From Lingula anatina (Eukaryota > Animalia > Brachiopoda), in contig CM120641.1 in the NCBI GenBank assembly GCA_051362555.1, forward strand, positions 10,664,001 to 10,728,000: a DNA stretch of 64,000 nucleotides, read 5' to 3'. The notes under the pieces are model-generated. The model did no database searches. It was not told the origin of the DNA and saw only the letters and a list, made by a program, of their open reading frames with translations. Both the position numbers and the translations under genes were made by a program. Shown here piece after piece: positions 1-13,200 of this stretch (position 1 is the stretch's first letter; each line of letters starts with the position of its first letter).

Positions 1-660
1 ACTTGAATAGGAAGTCATATACTGGCAATCTACATGTGACCTTAAAATTGACCTTTGACCTACTTTTCACCATGAATTGAACTTTGCAAATTTTGCTTCC
101 CTTTTATCTCCAAAACTGGCAGAGATAGGTCCATAGTTACTATTGAAGTTGAACAGGAAGTCATATACTGGCAATCTAAATGTGACCTTAAAATTGACCT
201 TTGACCTACATTTCCCCATGAACTGAACTTTGCAAATTTTGCTTCCCTTTTATCTCCAAAACTGGCAGAGATAGGTCCATAGTCTCTATTGAAGTTGAAT
301 AGGAAGTCATATACTGGCAATCTAAAAGTTACCTTAAAATTGACCTTTGACCTACTTTTCACCATGAACTGAACTTTGCATATTTTGCTTCTCCTTTATC
401 TCCAAAACTGGCAGAGATAGGTCCATAGGTCCATAGTTACTATTGAACGTGAATAGGAAGTCATATACTGGCAATCTAAGTGTGACTTTGAAATTGACCT
501 TTGACCTACTTATTATCATGAACTGAACTCTGCTAATTTCTTTTTCTTTTAACTCCAAACCTGGCAGAGATAGGCCCATAGTTACTATTGAAGTTGAATA
601 GGAAGTCATATACTGGCAATTTACTGTGACCTTGGAATTGACCTTTGACCTACCTTACAA
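1..660. repeat. Tandem repeat, ~146-bp unit x ~4.5
   Basis: Directly visible periodicity; one copy has a small internal GGTCCATA duplication at ~420-435. Confidence 0.95.
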
Positions 661-868
661 TGAACTTAACTTTGATTGTACCATTTGTAGTTATATATAT
701 ATTTTTTGCATATTTTGAAAATTCTTGTTGATTGCATTTTTACAGCTTGGCAAGCACAAGACTGGTGGCTGTGTTCCTTATTTTGTATATGTGGGGGTCT
801 ATATGAATGCGCTTGCTCCAGCTGGTGGTACAATATTCGGAGGCGGTATCGCCTCTCTGATCCTCTAG
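1..868 (-). mobile_element. Non-autonomous Helentron-type (HINE/pearl-like) element with internal ~146-bp tandem repeats, in an eIF5 intron; left part lies outside the window
   Basis: The unit (TTGAATAGGAAGTCATATACTGGCAATCT...TGACCTTTGACCT...) recurs at ~4, 149, 295, 449 and 594. The minus strand reads AAAAACTAGAGGATCAGAGAGGCGATACCGCC at ~868, the ACTAG-type start typical of these elements. The class assignment is inference. Confidence 0.6.
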
Positions 869-1059
869 TTTTTGGGGTGTTTGAAAAAAATTACTTGTTT
901 TTCAGTGTACAACATACAGGGTTTTTGTAACATACAAGTTCTGTAAAAATGGAGATATCTCTTTTATGGAGATATTTTTGAAATCAGTGCCGGTAACATC
1001 TTGCTTTATTCAAATTATACCATTTTGGTTTCTAACATGTTAATATGCATGTTTTTTAG

Positions 1060-1167
1060 ATCGAGTATTCCAACAAGGCCCCGGCTGGTCAACTGAAGAC
1101 TGAGACCCAAGTTTCGAAGGAGGAAGAAGAAGAGGAGGATGATGATCTGGATATTGATGCCATTTAG
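1060..1167 (+). CDS. EIF5: Eukaryotic translation initiation factor 5, terminal coding exon
   Basis: Acceptor ttttttag, then IEYSNKAPAGQLKTETQVSKEEEEEEDDDLDIDAI*. The DD(I/L)DIDAI-stop C-terminus is characteristic of animal eIF5. Confidence 0.88.
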   Translation: MEYSNKAPAGQLKTETQVSKEEEEEEDDDLDIDAI

Positions 1168-2655
1168 AGATTTGGCTTATGACTCATAATTTGGTGAATT
1201 AGCCTCCAGAACTTTTCCTAGTGCCTATGTATTATGTTACATAAACATGCCTTTCAGATTAGTATGTATTTTAAGGAAAAGCTGGGTTGTACTGATCATT
1301 TCAGTAATGACAGATTTAACTTTCTTTAATTTTAAGTGCAAATGCATTATTACATAGCTTGAATGACTAAATCTTGCTTCATATACATGAATTTAGATGG
1401 TGATTATATTTGACATTTCCTATGATGGGTGTATTAATAAAGTATTCAATAACATGTCTTAGTGGTGCAGTTTTTTTTTTGGGGGGGGGGGGGATAAAAA
1501 CAGTTAGCACTTATAGAGAGGTTTTCAGTCTGCAAAGGCATTTCAACATCAATTTTGATAAGATGAGAACTTGTATCAGCAACCAGACTGAAATGATGGC
1601 AAGTGTTTAAATGAAAAGTACTAAAACCACCCCATCCACATATACCAGACATGGAAAAGAAAACCATACTTGAGAAGAGTGAAAATTCTTTTAGACACCA
1701 CATACATGCTGCTGATTTTTCTTTTTTATAAGAATTTGGAAAACCTGCCATATATCTTGCACAGATGCTATTGAATCTGTTTCTTTGATTTTTTAAATTC
1801 ATTATTTTTGATTTTGGTAAATATTGTTACAAACTTTTTTGGAGCTGGATATTCACCAGCTTTACTGTCTAGTTGATATGTTTTAGGTAACAGCTTCATG
1901 TTGTGCTCTCTACTGAGCTCTTTCTCCGTTTACTCCATGCATGTCACCACACTCCTCTATAGTTCAATGCTTCTTTCATACCACCTGGGTACAGCTAAAT
2001 AGGCATCAAATTTAACATTGGCACATGTTCGAGTTTGACTTTTGTCTTGTCTTTGATGATGAGAACTTTGAAAAGCCGCCCAGTTGTAAAATAGACTTCC
2101 CTGCTCAAACAGGCTTGCTGGCTTGACACTAAATCGGAACTAAATTGAAAAATTCCAGAATTCCACAATTCTTTGGAAAAACTTGTGCCTGATATGTTAA
2201 AGAAAAGTTATTTGGTCAACATAAATAGTACTGAAACTGTCCCTCTTAAACACAGTTGTTTTAATTTCATACATTAATGACACATGCACTTATCACACTT
2301 GTACAAAATTACTTCTCACTCTTATTCACAAGTTAACATAATCATTTTTATAAATTATAGTAAAATTAAGGTTCATTACAAAAACAAAACCCATTTTCAA
2401 ATTTCAATATTTAAAAGAAATTCACTGGCTTATTAAACAATTAACCCAATGGTTCTTAGAATGCAGAACATACATTTTTGTCACAATATTTCAGTAGGTG
2501 GCATGGAATGTTACTATGCACACATTGCCCTCTCCAGTTTGATTAACATGTTATAAAAATGACTTTCTGACATGAAAGACTGGCATCAAAGTGTCATTTC
2601 AATGTTATCACATTTCCACTTATTCATAACTTTGGCAATAACTGTTCAAAGTTTT

Positions 2656-5600
2656 TCATTGCGTGGTGCATTCTGAGGGTTGTTCATCAGCTTTAACGTC
2701 ATTTTTATCCCAGTCTACTCCACCTGCCAGCCAGTTATAGTTCTCACTGCTTTTCTGATCTGGAAAAGATCCTGTTGTCACCGGAGCAGGTCTTGCTGGG
2801 CTGGCACGAGGACTGTTGGTGACACCTGAAATGGTATGAAATACAATGCACTGATCATCAAAATGGATATAGTGATTAGCCACTTGTGATCCAATTTGGT
2901 TGATGATTACATGGTAGTAAATATCAAATAAATGATTTCTCAATTCACTATAGTAATATGTATTATACACAGGCCGTTGCAAATGTGTAAAAAAAAAAAC
3001 AACTTACCATCATATATGTCATTTGTTTTCATAAAATGTTTCATTATAAGCAGCTTTCATTTATTTATCCCTTACATAAGACTCTAGCAGTAACAATGTC
3101 TCTTACCTTTAAGAGGTGCCTTCGGAGCTTCGTCTAATGCTGGTGCTATCCCCGTCTTTCCCTTGTAATAGGATAGTTCTCTTTTCAGCAATTCTATCTT
3201 TTTCCTGTAAGGATCGAGGAATATGTTTTTAAAATAAAATTCAAGATCTGCATGTGTTTAGTTCAATGTCTCAGAAAAAAAGGGGATTAAAGCTAATTTA
3301 CACCGGTTTGAAAACAAAAATGGTAAAAGGCAACTAGAACTATCTTAGACAAATGTATGTAGCAATTATTGCTTTCTTTTCGTCTAGTACATGCAATATT
3401 TCAAGTCTATAAAAAATCAAAGAATATGTTAAATAAATGATACAAAAGAAAATGTCAGTTTAAGATGAAAGAAAAAAACCTTAAAAACAATAACAGATGC
3501 AGCTACACAGCTAAAACAAAATGGATACTTACTGCAACAATAAAAACTACATTGTTTACATGCAAATAGAAATAATTTACAACTTACACATCTGTCAGAC
3601 ACCTCCCGACATTTTCAAAAAACAAACTGACATGCCACTCACTTAAATTCAGACTTGTACAGGGTCAACTCCTTGACTTGACCCTCCAGTCCTGTCACTT
3701 GCTCCTTGAGCCTCTTGTTTTCAGTTTCAACAGTGAAGTACGCCACTCGACTGATGATGCCACTGCTGCTGCCAGACGAGCGCTGTGCACAGGTCTTGCA
3801 AGGCTGGCTACCAAACTGGCTGACTGGAAATAAGATGAGAGCAGTGCTTGGTAAAATGTGGCTACTCTGAGAGGCATTGAAAAATGAAAATACGATAAAT
3901 GTATGTTGCAGTAGATAAGATGCAACAGGGCTGCACCCGAGATATTTCAGTAATGTTACATTTGCTAAATAGAATCATTTGTGACAAATGTGATTTGTTA
4001 AGAAGTGTCATATTAACATGCCAACTCATTGTGATCATAAGGAATCCAAATTTCAAACCTTTATTTTTAATTATGGACATTAATGCATTTAAATAAAATG
4101 ACAGGGATTAACAGATTTTCTTGGAGAGGTAAGTCCGCCATACCCGTCACTTCAGCTTGTTCCTCACGTGCCTTACGCAGTTCATTTCTATATTCTGAGA
4201 CTTTGTTTTGAAGATAATCATTATCATCCTTCAAAGATTTCAGTTTTTTCTTTAGAGGGTCAATCTCCATCAATAGGTCCCTCTTCAGCTGAACAATTTC
4301 CATATTTTTGGCACCTAATTCTTGCTTCAGCTCTTCCAAACTCTTTTCCTCTGGTTTTTTCATTTTAATATTTTCTTCTAATTGGAGGAGTTTTTGTTTT
4401 GTCTTTTCATGCTCTTCTTTCTCTTGCTCCAGTTCAGCGTCTGCCTCCATGCAGCACTGCTGAAGGTGGCGAATCTCCTCCTGCTGACTGGTGTGATCTC
4501 GCGCTTCTTGTAACAACTGAGAAAAATAATGAGAATTACTTTCATGTAATCACAGAACTTCACAAAAAAATTAATGACCTTCCAATCAAAGAAAACAATA
4601 TCATATAAATCTTTGAAATTGTAATCAGAATGATGAACCCTTTTCACTTTTTAAAATTCTATCATAAATAAATATAATATGCTCTCATTAGAGGAAAAAA
4701 AATAGAAAAAGAGAGCAGGAATATTATTTTCATTATCTCTGTGGACATAAAATATCCTTAAGATAAAAAGAAAGATTTTAAAAGAAAGAAATTTTGCATA
4801 AAATCAATTCTTGACCAAATGTATACTGCCCCTAAAGTTTCAAACTCTGCTTCAATAAAAACCAACCTTTATGTGCTCCAGACCTTCCTGCAGGGCTTTT
4901 TCTAGACTTTGAATCTTTTTCTTGGCTGCAGCAAGTGCTTTGTCTCTTCCCTTGGGCTTGTCCCCATCTTCAGATGCATCTCCTTCCTCATTCTGCCCAG
5001 CCTGTATTACTTCCAATTTTCTTTTGGTTTCTTCATGTTCTATCTTTTCTTGCTTAAGTTCATTGTCAGCCTCATCACAGCACTTCTCCATGTGGCGGAT
5101 CTGCTCCAGGAAGTTATTTGTGGTGTCCTAAAATATACACAACAGGGGAGTAAGTGGCATTCACAGAGGACCTCCTCTATTTGCAGGGGGACTGAAGACA
5201 ATCTATTCAGTTGCAACGATTCTTTCAAACTCCTTAACGTCTAATTCCATATAAATGTCTGAGACTGTAAGATCCAGATTAATTTCTTTATACAACACAA
5301 TCTTACAATTTTATGACACAAACACCCTTTCTTTACTGTAGAATCTGTACCGAGTACTTCAAAGCTGACAATTTATCTGGTGTAGTTTCTATTATGGTCA
5401 CAGTCTGTACTGCTGGAGCATGTGGGATTTTTACATAATTAATATTTAGTAGTTAAGTCGTGCTACAATATAGTTTTCTAAAACTGGGACACATCATACA
5501 GTCTAGTTACATCAAATTACTTCCTAGGCCATTCACAGGCTGTCCCTATGAACCACCCATCATTTCCCCCCAAAAAAAATTGCAAGCCATCCAGCCGTCT

Positions 5601-6116
5601 TCTAAGGCCGCAGAGTGTTCAAATTATGGCTGGACAGCTCGCTTTGTCTTAACATAAATTAGTGCATCTCACCTGCATTTTCTGATTTAGTTTCTCGATT
5701 TCAGTGTTTAGGTCAGCTACCTGCTTTTCATACCCGGATCTCTCTTCCTCTTGCTTTGTAGAATTCTGCAATGCAAGAAGTGCTTGTTTTATACCTGCTG
5801 AAGTTTGTGTCTCCAAAGATGCTGCATAGAGTGTGGAGGATATTATTTCTAATACCAATCAACTGCAGAAAGACACATAAAAGTACATGACTGTTATATA
5901 GTAATATAACATTTCTACAGAATGGGGGTAGGATAAACTTTTTACTGCTGGTGAGCATTGTTAGTTTTCAAAAACATGCTGTATGATTTTACTTGTTTCT
6001 CTTCCAACAAAGCTTTTGTCGCATCTAGTTCCTCACTAAGCTTTTCCAGTCGTGTTCTAGCTTCAGTAAGCTCAGAGTTCAGGGCATCAATATGCTGCAT
6101 TCCTTTCTCCTAATAC

Positions 6117-6161
<45 letters not shown>

Positions 6162-7205
6162 CTTCATTAATCAAAACACTGTTTGAAAATAAAACAAAGC
6201 ATTGTCTGGTTTACACTAACAAAATTCCAATGCTAAGTTTGTAAATTGCTAACTTCACATTGAAAAAGCTGTATTAACCGAGGTTTATAAAAACATGCAA
6301 TATTGATCCATGTCAAACTGTAGATTTTTTCCATTTAGACTCACCTTAGTATCCAAAAACTCATCTTCTTTATTTTGCATCTCCTCTTGAAGTTCAGCAA
6401 ACACTTCTTTAATTTCTCGTAGCTCCTCAGATAGCAGTTCTCTTTCTGAACACATCTGTTAAAAATATTGTCAACAATACACACAAAATAGGAACTTACT
6501 CAAAACAAAAGAAGAGGTCCTAAAGAGATTAGATACACCTTGATAACTAAATAACTTCATTTTCACCACTTCTCTTAGCGCTAAAGGCAAACAGTTAAAA
6601 TAACTGATACTAAAAGGTTTTATTTTGTATAGATCTGCAGTTTACTAGACTGCTTTTGGTTCAAAATGCCATACAAAATAACACTTTCCTTGAGTGTTGT
6701 TATGTGAAATCCAGTGAACTTATATGGTCATATAATCTATATGAAAGTCCAAAACAATCAAACCTCTTTGTGGAACTATAAAATATATCTTTTCAACCAA
6801 CTCATCAACAGAATAAATTGTACAAACTTGATCAATCTGTTTCTCTTTGTCACACAGCTGAGATCTAAGCTCGTCTACTAGACTGGTAGTTTGTCCTTCC
6901 AGATTAAGTACCTGAAAGAAAATGCTATTTTAGGATACCTGAACAGCATAAAAAACACAGAGACTTGTGAAACTATGAGGTAAACATTAAAGCAAACAAG
7001 TGGTTTTTAAAAGGGTCCATAACCTGAAATATTTTCATAAAACAAACATTTTTACAAAAATACACGCACAAATATACAGATAGAAACCAAAAAGTACAAA
7101 CCTCATCCATCTCTTTTTGTTTCTCAGCTAGCTTAGCTTCAAGTTCTTCAACTGTACTCTGGAGGTTAGCAGTTTGTTCCTCTAAGACAAATACCTTTTT
7201 ACAAA

Positions 7206-7246
<41 letters not shown>

Positions 7247-10200
7247 GTAATTACAATAATAATCTGATCATGCTGATTTTGGAAAGGAGCTACTCTTTTT
7301 GCTCAACATGAACGTTTTTTTTTTTCAGACCCAGAAATATGCACACAATAGAAAGAAATTAAAAAAAAAATGCTTACTGTGCAAGTGTCATTGCAGCACC
7401 TCCCATGATTGATTTTCTAACCTTAATGACTTATTTATAAGAGAGGGAGAGACTAGTTGGCACTAGTATTCCCTAAACTAAACGCAAAAAATTCAAAATG
7501 CACACCTAATGCACTATGTATTACCTCATCTGCCCTTTTTTCTTTCTCTGTAAGTTTAGCCTCCAGCTCATCAATGGTGTCTTGGAGGGCAGTGGTATGT
7601 TCTTCAAGCCCATGAATCTGAGAAACAAAATATCCACATATTATCAACAAGAAGTATTCATTGGTAAGTCACAGATAGGCTGATGGAATGACCTAGATGT
7701 CTAAAGCAACATACCCCCACTTCTTTGAAAGGAACCCCAACACACAATGAAGCTGATAAAGATTTTTCTGAATGACATATAAGAAGGATTGTCATTCGGA
7801 TGTTTGCTTAATACAGGATATATTTTGAAATCATGGCACACTGATGCCCGATACTATAAGGCGCCTTTAACCTATCCCCTTACACTTCAAATACTAGCAT
7901 TTAGGTATAACAAGATTTACCTGACTAGTTTTCTCCTCAAGTTGTATTTTTAGTGATTCCAAGGTAGTCTCTAGATTTTCTGCTCTGTTAGCTGCTGCAG
8001 CTTTTTCTTTCTCCATTGCCTGTAGCTGCTGTTGGGCATCTGACTGTTGCTGCATGACTCCTACTTGACCTTCTTTAGCCTGATATATATATAAAATGAT
8101 AGATTCATACCGATTTCCAGTAAGAACCCAAATATTTAACAAACAAAGCCACTCAGCAAATTAAGTAAGTAAGTAAAACAAAAAACATAGTTTGGCACTT
8201 AAGGGTAAACTTAGCTAAATAAAATGCAAAATAAAACATGCACACAAACAAAATCAAAACTTTTGCAAAAATAATCTAATCATGCTTATTTTTGAAGGGA
8301 ATATTTTTTTAGTCCAAATAAAGTTGCTTGACAACATGAACAGGCACAGAGATCAGAATAAATACAGACTGAAAAATATAATGTCTGCATATAAAAATAA
8401 AATTTACCTCATCTAATTCTTGTTGTTTCTCACACATCTGTGACTCAAGCAGATCCACTGTTTCCTGTTTCTCTGACAGCTGGTTTCTTAACTTATCCAC
8501 AACAGATTGGAAGTTGGCCTCTTTGTCCATGGCAGAATTTACAGTTTTCTGCAATTCTTCAAGCTTTGCAGTCAAATCTGAATTCTCGTCTACTTTTGAA
8601 ATGAGGTCTTCTTTGAGCTGAAAGTAAATCATTCTATTCAAAGCATCTCCAACTTAGTTTCCATATAGCATGTCATGTTAAAATTGTTAATACCAATCAT
8701 GATCAGAAACTACAAATTTGTATGAACAGAAGTCTTGTTAATTTTGAACTGCTAACCAAACTTCCATAAACTGCTCCACATATTATCATATTTTGTGAAA
8801 TGATGTAATAGAAAATATATAGATCATATATACCTTTGTTATTTCTTCTTGCAGTTCTGCATCAGTCAACTTTGATTTCTCCAGACTGTCCAAAAGATTC
8901 GTTTTCTGCTCCTCAAGATGATTTACCTAGAAAGAATAAGAAGTAGTTAAACTGGGTTTTAGGAAAACAGGCACAATTTGGAATTTTCACTAATTTTAAT
9001 TAAACAAAACAATTGTTTGACACAAGCCATATAAGTCGATGCTTTCTCACAATGACAGAAAAACAAATTTCAGTTAAGTAAAGAAATGTTTCTATTTAGT
9101 CAGAAGTTTTTTGTAACAACACATACAGTCTGTGTATAATTATACAATTATTTACAAATGTAGTGTATGCACATTAAAATATAATTTACCTCATCTAATT
9201 CTTGTTCTTTCTCACACATCTGTGACTCAAGCACATCCACTGTCTCCTGTTTCTCTGACAACTGGTTTCTTAACTTATCCACAACAGATTGGAAGTTGAC
9301 CTCCTTGTCCTTGGCAGAATTTACAGTTCTCTGCAATTCTTCAAGCTGTGCAGTCAAATCTGAATTCTCATCTACCTTTGAAATGAGGTCTTCTTTGAGC
9401 TGAAAGTAAACACATGATTCAAAGCTCCTCAAACTTAGTTTCCACATAGCATGTAATGTTAAAATTCTTACTACCATTCATGATTAGAAACTACAAATTT
9501 GTATGAACAAAAGTCTTGTGTTAATTTTGACAAACTGCTCAACATATTATCATATTTTGTGAAATGTTATTATAGAAAATACAGTAACCTAGATCATAAA
9601 ATGAAAAAAAATATATACTTTTATTATTTCTTCTTGCAGTTCTGCTACAGTCAACTTTGATTTCTCCAGACTGTCCAAAAGATTTGTTTTCTGCTCCTCA
9701 AGTTGATTTACCTGGAAAGAATAAAATAAGAAGAAGTTTAACTGGGTTTGGGTTAACAGGCACAATTTGGAGTTTTCACCTAATTTAAATTTAAGATAAA
9801 CAAAACAATTGGTTTACACTAGCCATATACGCTATTGCTTTCTAACAATGACATTAAAGCAAATTTCAGAAAAGTAAAGAAATCTTTCTACTGAATTGGA
9901 ATTTTTTTCTATCAACACATACAGTCTGTATATAAATATATAGTTTACCTCATCTAATTCTTGTTGTTTCTCACACATCTGTGACTCAAGCAGATCCACT
10001 GTCTCCTGTTTCTCTGACAACTGGTTTTTTAACTTATCCACAACAGATTGGAAGTTGACCTCTCTGTCCTTGGCAGAATTTATGGTTTTCTGTAATTCTT
10101 CAAGCTGTGCGGCCAAATCTGAATTCTCATCTACCTTTGAAGTGAGGTCTTCTTTGAGCTGCAAGTAAAACATTCTATTCAAAGCTTCTCCAACTTAGTT

Positions 10201-13200
10201 TCCATATAGCATGTCATGTTAAAATTGTAATGAATATTCATGATCAGAAACTAAAAATTTATATGAACAAAAGTCTTGAGTTAATTTTGAACTATAACCA
10301 ATTCCATAAACTGCTCCACATATTATCATATTTTGTGAAATGTTATAACAGAAAATACATAGATCATAAAATGAAAAAAAATATATATACCTTTGTTATT
10401 TCTTCTTGCAGTTCTGCTACTGTCAACTTTAATTTCTCCAGACTGTCCAATAGATTTGTTTTCTGTTCCTCATGCTGATTTACCTAAAAAAAGAAGTAGT
10501 TAAACTTGGGTTTAGGTAACAGGCACAATTTGGAATTTTCACCTATTTAAATTAAAACAATTGTTTGACACTAGCCATATATGCTGTTGCTTTCTCACAA
10601 TGACATACATGCAAATTTAAATAAAGTTATGTTTCTATTGAGTTTGAGGTTGAAGTTTTTTCTATCAACAAATACAGTCTGTACATAAATATATAATTTA
10701 CCTGATCTAATTCTTGTTGTTTCTCACACATCTGTGACTCTAGCAGATCCACTGTCTCCTGTTTCTCTGACAGCTGGTTTCTTAACTTATCCACAACAGA
10801 TTGGAAGTTGACCTCTCTGTCCTTGGCAGAATTTATGGTTTTCTGTAATTCTTCAAGCTGTGCAGTCAAATCTGAATTCTCATCTACCTTTGAAGTGAGG
10901 TCTTCTTTGAGCTGAAAGTCAAAACTCAGTATTCAGTATTTTTCCAACTAGGTTTCCATATATTACATGTTAAAACTGTAACCATCATTTAGAAACTACA
11001 AATTTGTATGGTCAAAAGTCTGTGTTAATTATGAAATAACCTAACTTCCTCAAATAGCTAAACATACAAATATTCTGTGTAGTGTTATCAAGGAATATGT
11101 AAATTATGAAATGAGATATATATATACCTTTGTAATGTTTTCTTGCAATTCTGCTACAGTCAACTTTGATTTTTCCAGACTGGCCAACAGACTTGTGTTC
11201 TGCTCCTCACGATGATTTACCTTGATGGAATAAGAAGTAGTTGAACTGGGTTTTAGGTTAACAGGCATACTTTGCAGTTTTTACCCAATTTAAATAAAAC
11301 AATTGTATTATACTAGACATATATGCTATTGCTTTCTCACAATGACATGCAGGCAAATTTCATAAGAGTAAAGAAATGTTTCTATTGAGTCATGTTTTGA
11401 TATCAACACATGCAGTGTACACATAAAAATATAATTTACCTCGTCTAATTCTTGTTGTTTCTCACACATCTGTGACTCAAGCAGATCCACTGTCTCCTGT
11501 TTCTCTGACAACTGGTTTCTTAACTTATCCACAACTGATTGGAAATTGATCTCTCTGTCCTTGGCAGAATTTATGGTTTTCTGCAATTCTTCAAGCTGTG
11601 CAGCCAAATCTGAATTCTCATCTACCTTTGAATTGAAATCTTCATTGAGCTGAAATTTAAAACCTAGTATTCAGTGCTTCTCCAAAAGTTTCCAGATAGT
11701 ATGTTATGTTAGATTATTACTGTCATTATGTACATGGTGCTGCAATGGTCCCCAGAGTTCAGGTGGAAACTAGTTGTAAAGGCAAGGTGATACTGGAATG
11801 GAAACCAAATAAAGATGGTGGCCATGGCAGCCACCTTGGATGTGTCACAAGTCCAATTTTCAATTAGGCATGCAAACATGCAGGCATGCATGGACAAGCG
11901 CAAAACATGATATCACTGTGAAATGCTAATCAAACTTTAAAAAACTGCAACACATAAGCATATTCTGTGAAACACTATTATAAAAAAAATACATGAATCA
12001 TAAAATGAGATGTATACCTTTCTGATGTCTTCTTGCAATTCTGCTACAGTCAACTTTGATTTTTCCAGACTGGCCAACAGACTTGCTTTTTGCTCCTCAA
12101 GATGAATAACCTTAAAGGAATAATATAATAAGCAGTTAAAAGTTTTTGGATAAGAGGCACAAGTTTTATTGAATTAAAATAAAGCAATTCCAAGATGCTT
12201 AGCATATTTTCTATTGCTTTTCGCAATTGGCGGTAAAGCAGATTTCAATGCCAATTGCTCAAAAATGATATGTTTATTGTGTGACAAAACATTTTTAATA
12301 TCAACATCATGTAACCATTAAATAAACACTATAATCAACTCAACTTTTTAAGTCCTATCAGCATTGATTAAGTTTATAAGTCAAATATTTTTTAATCTTC
12401 TGGGTACCCACCCCGGTTGATTCTTTTCCTTTCTCTAACAAATCTCTCTGCAAATTTTCAACTTTAGCTTTCAGATTTGCCACATCTTCTTCAAGTTTTG
12501 GGACCTGTTGATTGAAAAAAAACACTGTGTAGTTAAACAATGCCGTGTGTAGTTAAACAATGCCATAACTGATTCTCTTTCTTTCTAGCATGCTAATATT
12601 AAATTGCTCAATTGGCAAAGACTCTTCACATATTCATTTTTAAGTTCAGTGGCAAAAATGGTTGGGAGCTTGAGAGATACCTGTTTAACCTTTTCCCGTA
12701 GCTCTGCATTATTCCACCTCAAGTCAGAGAGTTCTGCGGCAGTAGCATTGAACTTTCTAAGGAGAAGACTGCTCTGCTCTTTCTCCTGGCCCAATAGATG
12801 CTGGAACTCCCTGGCCTGCCTCATGTAGTCCCTATACTTCAATTCAAGATCTTCAGACTTTTTGAGGGCATCTGGAAAGTTTTTTTTTTAATTAACTCTC
12901 AACTTCAAAACACACAGAAATTTGGTGTGTTGTTAATCCAGTTCATACTTTTAAGACAATGATTTGACAAATATAGTAGAACATACACTAATAATTGTAT
13001 TCTTTATAAAAAAAAAACTATAAAAAACATATCTACATATCTATTCTCTAATAAGCTTTAACTGTTTACCTTTCAAAGTCTTATTTTCTGTGTCAAATTT
13101 CTGTGACCTTTGATTGGTGAGGTCAAGGTTGAATTCTAGCTGTTTGATTCTTTGCTGAAGCTTTGCAGGGTCTAGCTCCTGCCTTCTATTGAACTGTGCT

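Noticed and set aside
1-660. CRISPR-like periodicity and ORFs 60-365 and 352-609
   Set aside because: Whole units repeat with no unique spacers, the context is eukaryotic, and the ORFs are just translations of the repeat.
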